Source: Octopus sinensis
Taxonomy: Eukaryota
DNA length: 11,883 nucleotides
Assembly (NCBI RefSeq): GCF_006345805.1
Contig: NW_021826647.1
Location: forward strand, 1 to 11,883
Direction: 5' to 3'
Of the stretch, positions 1 through 8,270 are shown in pieces (the first letter of the stretch is position 1; every line of letters starts with the position of its first letter). The translations under genes were made by a program, and so were the position numbers. The notes beneath the pieces are model-generated. The model had not been told where the DNA came from, did no database searches, and worked only from the letters and a program-made list of their open reading frames with translations.

Positions 1-40
1 TTGGGCAAATCTATGATTAAAAGCATTCCACCTACGAGTT

Positions 41-225
41 TGTATATGTGCGTGAGTGTCTGTGTGTGTGTATGTAATTATGTGTGTGTGCGTGTGTGTG
101 TATTAATGAATGTATGTATTTGTGCGTGTTCTTCTATGTGTATACACTCATACACTCACACACATACACACACGTGTGTATGTGTGTGTGTGCTATATGT
201 ATGAATGTGTATATATGTGTGTTAG
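41..225. repeat. Degenerate (TG)n/(TA)n/(CA)n microsatellite
   Basis: Runs of tgtgtg/tatg/caca read directly; explains ORFs 1..204 and 84..269. Confidence 0.95.
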
Positions 226-265
226 AATGCATTCATGTTGAAATGAGAAAGAGAAAGGTGAGTGT

Positions 266-322
266 ATGAGAGAAAGAAATAAACACGCAAACAAAAAAAG
301 GAAGAAGGAAGATAGAAAGAGA

Positions 323-353
<31 letters not shown>

Positions 354-558
354 GGAAGGAAGGAAGGAAGGAAAAAAGAAAGAAGAAAGGGAGGGAGGGA
401 GGTTAGGAAGGAAGGAAGGAAAGAAGATTTGTAGGGTAGTACCGTGAAGAATTCAAGAAAAAAACGAAAGAGCTTGAAGAAGAAACTAAGATGAAAAATG
501 CTTGGAAAAAGACGAATGCTATGAATGAGAGAAAAAAGAAAGAAAGAAAGAAAGAAAA

Positions 559-594
<36 letters not shown>

Positions 595-720
595 ACGAAA
601 GAAAGAAAGCGTGGTGGTAGTATAGAAGAAGGAAATAAAGGAGGAGAAAAAAAAGAAAGATAAAAGAATAAAAAAGAAAAGATAAAGGTTGAAGAAGTAA
701 GATTGAAATATTTGGAGTGA
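266..720. repeat. Purine-rich (GAAA)n/(GAAG)n tetranucleotide tract
   Basis: Repeated aaag/gaag units; explains the Phe/Leu/Ser-rich minus-strand ORFs between 233 and 843. Confidence 0.95.
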
Positions 721-944
721 AGGGAAATGAGATGAAAGGGGAATAGAAGAGAAATTCCAATATTTATTGTCCATGGAGATAATTTCAAGAGCTCTTTGAA
801 CTGAGTGAGAAGAGGAAATGGTAACTTGAAACAAAAAACTCATATATTTTTCATGTCATCAACAGCATCAAACGGGTATCATCTGTACGTGGTCACACGA
901 CCTACTAGAAATAACAACTAACTTTTTTTTTCTCGTGTCATACT

Positions 945-1094
945 TTAACCCTTTCCTTAGCAAATATTTAGTTTGAAATGCAGTGATTCTGTTTTGGTTA
1001 ATTTAGAGAATAATGCAGGAATTAATAGAATACCTTTGCCGTTATTTTAAATGCTGTTTGGATTACAAGCTGGTTTCTAATTTTGACACAAGGC
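945..1094. mobile_element. Degenerate interspersed-repeat fragment beginning TTAA-CCCTTT (piggyBac-like left end)
   Basis: TTAA at 945-948 followed by CCCTTT matches the piggyBac TSD plus terminus pattern and resembles a recalled octopus repeat. No matching right end found. Confidence 0.3.

Positions 1095-1095
<1 letters not shown>

Positions 1096-1149
<54 letters not shown>
1096..1149. repeat. (TA)n microsatellite, left flank of the inverted/tandem element
   Basis: Direct reading. Confidence 0.97.
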
Positions 1150-1153
<4 letters not shown>

Positions 1154-1547
1154 CAACAATTGAGGGTAAAATTAATTAATTATTAATCAATTTCACCAAG
1201 TATTCAGTATGTAAAGGGACCATTATAGGCGAATTCAAAATATTACATTATATATAAGGGCTTAGTAAAATAAATTACTTTGCCACATACTGAACTCATT
1301 AGAAATAGCACCCTCAATTGTTGAAATTATAATTCATCTTTCTCTGCTAAATGCTGCGGTTTTCACCGTTAATACATGGTGTTTGTCAATTTTAACCCAC
1401 GCTGGTGGAAAGGGGAGAGCAGAAATTCTTCGCTTGCATATTCGAATTTGATAGCACTTTTAGTTCGAGCAGAATTCTAGAGGTGATTAGAAGCCGAAAG
1501 AGTATGCTCCCGACTTTCAGTGTTCCCAAATCCGATTCAAGGAATTC

Positions 1548-1599
1548 TGAGCTGAAGAAAGAAATGTCGAATTGACTAATCTAGAAACGTACGTTCTCA
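1548..1599 (+). ncRNA. Candidate minimal type I hammerhead ribozyme, copy 1
   Basis: CUGAAGA 1552-1558; interrupted stem II 1560-1582; GAAA 1584-1587; palindromic stem III ACGUACGU 1587-1594; U17 at 1595; stem I UGAG(1548-1551)/CUCA(1596-1599). Confidence 0.55.
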
Positions 1600-2103
1600 A
1601 ATAACCTTTGCACTTGATTTTTTAATGTTGTTTTTTCCCCCATACTTTTGTGAGTTAGTTTAGGCAAACACTATCTGAGAGAGATCTTCTTTAAGTATTA
1701 GAAATAGCTGAAAAATTTCTTTAGCTGCTATTTCTAATGAGTTCAGTATGTGGCAATTAATTTATTTTACTAAGCCCTTATATATAATGTAATATTTTGA
1801 ATTCGCCTATAATGGTCCCTTTACATACTGAATACTTGGTGAAATTGATTAATAATTAATTAATTTACCCTCATTGTTGAAATTATAATTCATCTTTCTC
1901 TGCTAAATGCTGCGGTTTTCACCGTTAATACATGGTGTTTGTCAATTTTAACCCACGCTGGTGGAAAGGGGAGAGCAGAAATTCTTCGCTTGCATATTCG
2001 AATTTGATAGCACTTTTAGTTCGAGCAGAATTCTAGAGGTGATTAGAAGCCGAAAGGGTATGCTCCCGACTTTCAGTGTTCCCAAATCCGATTCAAGGAA
2101 TTC

Positions 2104-2155
2104 TGAGCTGAAGAAAGAAATGTCGAATTGACTAATCTAGAAACGTACGTTCTCA
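2104..2155 (+). ncRNA. Candidate minimal type I hammerhead ribozyme, copy 2
   Basis: Identical to copy 1, offset 556 nt. Confidence 0.55.
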
Positions 2156-2340
2156 AATAACCTTTGCACTTGATTTTTTAATGTTTTAATGTTTTTTCCC
2201 CATATACTTTGTGAGTTAGTTTAGGCAAACACTATCTGAGAGAGATCTTCTTTAAGTATTAGAAATAGCTGAAGAAATTTCTTTAGCTGCTATTTCTAAT
2301 GAGTTCAGTATGTGGCAAAGTAATTTATTTTACTAAGCCC

Positions 2341-2555
2341 TTATATATAATGTTATATATATATATCTATATATATAATATTGTGTTCGACGTTTTTTTT
2401 TGGTGTCCTGTACCCATATATGCATGTATATATATATATAGATGTAGTACGTAATATATGTATGGCATATATGCATATGTTTTATTTATTTATTAATTTA
2501 ATTATGTGACGGAACGCACGCATCCATTACTAAGTAAGATTGTTTCTTAATTATA

Positions 2556-2609
<54 letters not shown>

Positions 2610-2645
2610 ATATATATATATATATTATATGCACATATATATACA
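2341..2645. repeat. (TA)n/(TATG)n microsatellites with short unique spacers
   Basis: Direct reading of 2341-2380, 2415-2480 and 2550-2645. Confidence 0.9.
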
Positions 2646-2647
2646 TA

Positions 2648-2880
2648 TTTCTTTATTACCCACAAGGGGCTAAACACAGAGGGGGACAAACAAGGACAGA
2701 CATAGGTATTAAGTTGATTACATCGACCCCAGAGCGTAACTGGTACTTAATTTATCGACCCCGAAAGGATGAAAGGCAAAGTCGACCTCGGCGGAATTTG
2801 AACTCACAACGTAACGAGAGACGAAATACCGCTCAGCATTTCGCCCGGCGTGCTAACGTTTCTGCCAGCTCGCCGCCTTA
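2648..2880 (-). mobile_element. tRNA-derived SINE, family A, near full length
   Basis: Minus strand starts TAAGGCGGCGAGCTGGCAGAAACGTTAGCACGCCGGGCGAAA; B-box-like GAGTTCAAATTCC at 2805-2793. Homologous copies at 5311, 5516 and 10769 within the window. Confidence 0.9.
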
Positions 2881-2900
2881 TACACAGGCACACACGCAAA

Positions 2901-3116
2901 TGTGAGAGGTATTCAAAAGTTCCTGGCTTTGGGTAAAAGAAAATGCAAGAAGATCACTTAATAATAATTTTATTCAACATACCCCCTCTCAGATTCGCAC
3001 TTATTGCAACGGTCCTTCGGCTTTTCTAAACCCTCTAAAAGAACTCGGAAGGTTGGGCCTCCATCCAGGTCTTTCGTGAAATCCTTAAAGCCAAGAATTG
3101 CTCAGCACCCATCGTG
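2901..3116 (-). mobile_element. Mariner-derived MITE (internally deleted transposon)
   Basis: Imperfect ~30-bp TIRs (2901-2930 vs 3087-3116, ~18/30, both ending TTCyTGGCTTT). Minus strand encodes GLEKPKDRCNKCESERGYVE*, matching the mariner transposase C-terminal pattern (G..KL..RW.KC....G.Y.E*). Confidence 0.8.
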
Positions 3117-3230
3117 TATATATATGTGTATGTGTGTGTGTGTGTGTGTATGTGTGCGTGTGTATGTATGTATGTATGTATGTATGTATGTATGTATGTA
3201 TGTATGTATGTATGTATGCATGTATATATA
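3117..3230. repeat. (TG)n(TATG)n compound microsatellite
   Basis: Direct reading. Confidence 0.97.
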
Positions 3231-3409
3231 ATGCTGAGAGTACTCCCTGTTGCTTCTCGGAGTTACTCGAGTCTTGCGCTTCATGTAAATATTTATGGAA
3301 GGACAAAATTCTATTTCAAAATATTTCAATGACCACCCGTCACTATATTCGTGCAAGTAGGTGAGGTGCGCAGGTGCGTATATGTGAGTATTAATCCATC
3401 CATCCACCC

Positions 3410-3601
<192 letters not shown>

Positions 3602-4552
3602 TAAACCAACACCCTAGGTGAATCAAAACTGTTCTCGAAAAGAAAAGACTCATCATAAACTAGCAACTGTCGTGTCAAAACGCTTTCGAACGATGGAACA
3701 ACAAAACAATCTATGAGATAGTCAAATGTGATAAGTTTCGAAGAAAATCTAAGTGCGCTCATGAAGACATTTACTGAAAGCCATCAAACAGAAAACCTCC
3801 TGGTAATGTGTTTTACGTCTTTGCACTTGTCACACATATATCTGAATTTCTTCACCTGTTCTGGCAACCTATGTATATGGGATGTAACCCACCTGAAGTA
3901 CTTGTTGGATTTACACATCCACACTTTGATTGTCTTTTTCGTACATAACAATAGGTCTTCTGTTAATCATAGCAACTGCTATTTTGCTTGCTGGGCTTGG
4001 GGTGCGAATGGGTGGTAGCCACTTGTCTTCAGTTACAGAAGTAATAATAACAACAACAATGATAGCAACATTGGTAATCGGAGTATGTGATGTATTTGTA
4101 TTCGATCGACTTGATAATAAAGGCAACCAATTCTCCCTCAAGTTTCATCACGTCTTTAAAAACAAACACATTATATAATATAGTTTTAGGTAACATAAAT
4201 AGGTGAATTAGTCACAATTGCAATTTATTTCATCGTATGTCTGCTTGGTCAAAGCTGACCTTATGTTAAACAACAAGAAAGGCAGAGATGATAGTAAGCA
4301 AACTAGGGTATTCTTTTCTGCCACATCGGCATTAAAGGGAAGGGTATTGGGTTAATGTTTTCAAAGTTGCAATATAAGTGAACACAAAAGGTTGGATAAA
4401 ATATTTTTTATTATTGTTTCGGTCTGGTGGCTGAGAGTCGATCTTTGCGTAAGCACAGGTGTGTCACAGGAGTGTGCGTTTACATGAAAACCTCAATAAG
4501 GGGAAAATGATGTCTCATAAAAAGGATTTTCGGTAAGGCAAGGCATCACCGG

Positions 4553-4860
4553 GTGGAGGCACATGGCCTAGTGGTTAGAGCAGCGGACTCGCGGTCGAGG
4601 GATCGCGGGTTCGAATCTCAGACCGGGCGATGTGTGTGTTAATGAGCGAAACACCTAAGATCCACGCGGCTCCGGCAGAAGGTAATGGCGAACTTCTGCT
4701 GACTCTTTCGCCACAAATTTCTCTCACTCTTTCCTCCTGCATCTTGCAGCTCACCTGCGACGGACCGGCGTCCCGTCTAGGAGGGGAATCTATACACCAA
4801 GGAAACCGGAAAACCGGCTCTTATGAGCCAGGCGTGGCTCGAGAAGGAACAAGCAAACAA
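4553..4860 (+). mobile_element. Full-length tRNA-derived SINE, family C, with a perfect 14-bp TSD
   Basis: A box TGGCCTAGTGG 4564-4574; B box GGTTCGAATCT 4608-4618; AAC-rich tail; TSD CAAGGCATCACCGG at 4539-4552 and 4861-4874. Confidence 0.95.
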
Positions 4861-5310
4861 CAAGGCATCACCGGATCAACTGAAAGAGATTCTAGTCGAT
4901 GCATGGACCTGTGCTGCCCAGGGACTGGCGGAAATCCTACGGAAGTTTTTGCCTGATGTTTAAGTCGTAGAAGAATTAGTTGTTTTTATTGTTGTGTTGG
5001 TGATGGTCCAACTTCATTTCAGCTTTTATTCAGCTTTTCTTAACGGCATTCTAGTTGAAGACTATTCCTTTTTTTCACGCACAGGAGATCGAAAACTACA
5101 TTAGGTACTGTTCTTTTTTAAGAATGCCGACTGTAATTTGAGATAGAGTTGGCTGCTATTTATAATCGAGCGAGCGGGCGAGCCCGATGGGTCCTTTCGT
5201 TCACTCGCTGGATTATTATAAAGAACAAATACAACGTTCGAGATCCTGCGCTTCATTTAACAATAAACGATGTATCTAACTTCAGAAGTGGCTCAGAAAA
5301 TAATACTCCC

Positions 5311-5515
5311 TAAGGCAGCGAGCTAGCAGAAACGTTAGCACGCCGGGCGAAATTCTTAGCGGTATTTCGTCTGCCGCTACGGTATTTCGTCATCCTTACG
5401 GGGTCGATTAAATAAGTACCAGTTACACACTGGGGTCGATATAATCGACTTAATCCGTTTGTCTCTCCTTGTTTGTCCCCTCTGTGTGTAGCCCCTTGTG
5501 GGCAGTTATGAAATA
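5311..5515 (+). mobile_element. SINE family A copy with internal deletion (B box missing)
   Basis: Colinear with the reverse complement of 2648-2880 except that the B-box segment is replaced by a duplicated CGGTATTTCGTC. Confidence 0.9.
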
Positions 5516-5700
5516 AGAAATGTTAGCTTGCCGGGCGAAATACTTAGTATTTTGTTTGTCTTTACGTTCTGAGTTCAAATTCCGAGGTTGATTTTGCCTC
5601 ATCTTTTCGGGGTTGAGTAGCAGTTGCGTACTGCAGCCGATTTAATCGACTGGCCCCATCTCCCTAAAATTTTGGGTCTTGTGCCTAGAGTAAAGAAGAA
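5516..5700 (+). mobile_element. SINE family A-related copy, 5'-truncated, with a different 3' tail
   Basis: AGAAATGTTAGCTTGCCGGGCGAAA head; GAGTTCAAATTCC at 5571-5583; diverged core; tail differs from 2648-2880. Confidence 0.8.
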
Positions 5701-5859
5701 AATATTCTTCTCCTTGTAATCTAAATCGTAATTACAAAATATTGCTTCCTTCATAGCAGAAAAATTTTTATATTGCAAAACACATTTAACGGAGTTTGGC
5801 AGTTATTATTGCTCCTTTAGATTTTGCTCGTTTATGACATCGTCACCTTTATCGCTATT

Positions 5860-6330
5860 GGGCTCTTCATCCTCACCGTCGTTTTTATCATCCTCATCAT
5901 CACCATTACCATCAGCAGAAGCAGTAACTTACTACCATTGTTATCATTATCATCAACATCCTTAATTATCACCAACCACATAATTATCATCAAAATCCAA
6001 CACCTCCACCTCCACCTTCACCTCCACCTCCACCTTCACCTCCACCTCCACGTCCTCTTTTTTCTCCTCTCCTCTTCATCGTTACCATCGTTATCATTGA
6101 GGATAACGATGATGACACTTAACATCAGCCCTTCGTCATCCTCATCATCATCATCATCATCATCACCATCAACATCGACATAACCATTCTTATCCCCATC
6201 ATCACCATCTTTATTAAATCACTCCCCTTTCAACTCCATCTACCAAGGTATCTAGCAACTTCATCCCCCCCAACCACCCAGCCACCCACCAACTCCCGAC
6301 ACCACCACCCCCTCCTTCACCACACCTTCT
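5860..6330. repeat. Low-complexity (CAT/CAC)n tract with a (CACCTY)n hexamer array
   Basis: CAT triplets, hexamers at 6001-6054 and a C-rich tail; explains ORF 5824..6183. Confidence 0.9.
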
Positions 6331-6399
6331 CGGTCTCATTATATAATTATTCCATTTTGTATTTAACAATGATACCGTATCAGTCATAGATATTCCTCA

Positions 6400-6668
6400 T
6401 GGCACATTTATTCACATTCTACATTTATTATCTTATATTTGTTATTGTGATTGTTTTGCGTTTGTGTACGTATGTTTGTTGTATTGTGTTGGTTTGTGTA
6501 CACGAACTGTATGTATATACTAAAGTGAGTTCGTATGCATTATGTTTGTTTGTCTTATATTGTGTATGCGGATGTTCTGTCAGTATACGTTACATTTCTG
6601 TGCGTCATGTATAAGTGCTTTTTGTACTGTCTATGCATATTTTGTATTCTGTGAGTACGCATTATATA
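6400..6668. repeat. Degenerate TG/TA-rich low-complexity sequence
   Basis: T/G-skewed decayed microsatellite; similar sequence resumes at 7211. Confidence 0.75.
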
Positions 6669-7210
6669 TCATTATATATATATATAGTATAAAATCCGTT
6701 CTGTCTGTCTGTGTGTGTGTGTGTGTATCTTCTAGGATCTCGGGCATCCTCCATCCGCTCAAATTTGATATGTAGATATCGACAGTATCGGGTCGTGTAT
6801 AAGTCTTGAAAAAATTACAAAAATCGATTCCAGGTGAAAATGCGATCGATAAAGCCGTTTTTGTCCTGCTTTTCTTCCGTCAACCTGTACATAACTGCAC
6901 CATCCATTTTTTGTTGTTTCCTGCCAAGCTTACTGTTTAAACCATGTTTGTGTTCTCCCAGTCAACAGCTTTATCATTACTGGTACTTTAAACTCTTCGG
7001 TTGCATATTCGTGTGAATAAAATTGTTTTTCTTTGAAATAGAAAAAAAGTCTATCTTTATTTCTTCTTTTGCTGGTGTCGCAAATTTAGCTTAAATCAGT
7101 GTTTCTCAAAGAGGAGGCCTATGGGACGGTCGAACATGTCGTTTTGAGAAAATTTGGTTTAAATATTTGACAACTCAGCACCGTCCATTGGACGGGGGAC
7201 GTTTTGCTCG
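6669..7210 (+). mobile_element. Probable non-autonomous Helitron
   Basis: A|TC at 6668-6670, then a TA run, TATAAAAT and a (CTGT)/(GT) microsatellite typical of Helitron-N 5' ends. At the 3' end, GC-rich hairpin CCGTCCA-T-TGGACGG 7181-7195, an 11-nt spacer, and CTCG|T at 7207-7211 (one mismatch to CTRR). Confidence 0.55.
7097..7156. mobile_element. 60-bp hAT-like mini-MITE
   Basis: CAGTGTTTCTCAAA vs TTTGAGAAAATTTG (11/14 inverted match); 8-bp flanking repeat GCTTAAAT (7089-7096) / GTTTAAAT (7157-7164), 7/8 identical. Confidence 0.6.
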
Positions 7211-7407
7211 TATATATACAGGCATGTGTTGTGCTGAGTTCCGTTGTGTTGTATATTTGTTGTGTTTGCGCATACATATTGTTGTGTGTTTGCATATATT
7301 ATATATATATATATTGTGCGTTGTGAATGTGCTGTGTTATGTGTATGCTGCATTGAGTAAGTACATTGTATTGTATAGGCGTTGTTTTTGTGTGATGTGC
7401 AGTTGTA

Positions 7408-7441
<34 letters not shown>
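7211..7441. repeat. Degenerate TG-rich tract followed by (CT)n
   Basis: Direct reading; perfect CT run ~7409-7441. Confidence 0.9.
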
Positions 7442-7449
<8 letters not shown>

Positions 7450-7494
7450 TCCCTCTCAGTAAATTACTGCGCGTGCTTTAAATTTTATCTTTTG

Positions 7495-7660
7495 TCTTTA
7501 ACTTGCTTCTGTCATTAGTCTGTGACCTTGCTGGGGCACCAAGTTGAATCACTTTTAGTTGGTCTCTTTTGCCGAACCGCTAGAATTACGGGGGACGTAA
7601 ACACAGAAACACCGTTTGTCAAGCAGAGGTGGATGCCAAACACAGACACAAAGACACACA
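7495..7660 (-). mobile_element. SINE family B, diverged 3' half with internal deletion
   Basis: Homologous to 7865-8080 (gtcatt..ctg..gcacc; ctcttt..g..gaa..gcta..ttacgggga; gtcaagc; aaacacagacacaaagac). Confidence 0.8.
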
Positions 7661-7684
7661 TATAAATATATAAACACCCACACC

Positions 7685-7740
<56 letters not shown>

Positions 7741-7862
7741 TATATTATATATACGTGTGTGTGTGTGTATATTTGTATGTATATATATGTATGTATAGCA
7801 CATAAATACATACATACATACACACACACACACATACACACACTTAGATATATATATAAATA
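7655..7862. repeat. (CA)n/(TA)n/(TG)n compound microsatellite, probably SINE-internal
   Basis: Direct reading. Confidence 0.95.
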
Positions 7863-7864
7863 TC

Positions 7865-8270
7865 CTTTTACACGTTTCAGTCATTTGACTGCGGCCATGC
7901 CCGAGCACCACCTTAAACAGTTTTAGTCGAAGAAATCGTTCCCAGAACTTACTTTTCATAAGCCTAGTACTTATTCTATCAGCCTCTTTGGTTGAATTGC
8001 TAGGTTACGGGGATATAAACAAACCAACATCGGTTGTCAAGCGATAATGGTGGGGAAACAAACACAGACACAAAGACGCAAACACACACACACACATACA
8101 CACACATATATATATACGACGGTCTTCTTTCAATTTCTGTCCACTAAATCCATAAACAAGGCTTGGTCGGCTCGAGGCTAGAAAAGACACTTTCCTTAGG
8201 TGGCACAAAGTGAGAGCGAACCCGGACCCATGTCTTTGAGAAGCAAGCTGCTAATCACACAACTTTCCCT
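7865..8270 (-). mobile_element. SINE family B, full length (~400 bp) with an internal microsatellite
   Basis: Minus strand has a tRNA-like head with B-box-like GGTTCGCTCTC, a CORE-like segment (GCCACCTAAGGAAAGTGTC), internal (TA)(TG) at ~8080-8115 and a 3' tail. The head is duplicated at 8271-8437. Confidence 0.85.

Larger units (their letters stand above)
1146..2353 (+). mobile_element. Penelope-like (pseudo-LTR) or retrozyme-like non-autonomous retroelement: inverted fragment plus ~1.9 tandem units of ~557 bp
   Basis: 1310-1790 is nearly identical to 1867-2353 (direct repeat). 1146-1310 is the reverse complement of 1726-1887. (TA)n on both sides, a hammerhead-like motif in each unit, no ORF. 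The repeat geometry is certain; the class is inferred from known PLE architecture. Confidence 0.7.

Noticed and set aside
1146-1331. Perfect 22-bp inverted repeat suggesting a 186-bp MITE
   Set aside because: Fully explained as the inverted fragment abutting the start of tandem unit 1 of the larger element.
4026-4032. CUGAAGA hammerhead core on the minus strand
   Set aside because: No stem II, GAAA or stem I downstream.
4247-4260. GGTCA-AAGC-TGACC resembling an estrogen response element
   Set aside because: Spacer is 4 nt rather than 3; single short palindrome with no context.
4553-4630. tRNA gene
   Set aside because: A and B boxes are present but acceptor and anticodon stems are imperfect, and it continues into a SINE body bounded by a TSD.
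4630-4956. 108-aa ORF
   Set aside because: Runs through the SINE body and across its TSD; chance frame in GC-rich sequence.
4877-4963. QLKEILVDAW... resembling a Tc1 transposase C-terminal helix
   Set aside because: Too short, with a stop immediately upstream and no TIRs or catalytic motifs nearby.
5824-6183. 119-aa ORF with hydrophobic N-terminus and (HL)n
   Set aside because: Product of CAT triplet and CACCTC hexamer repeats.
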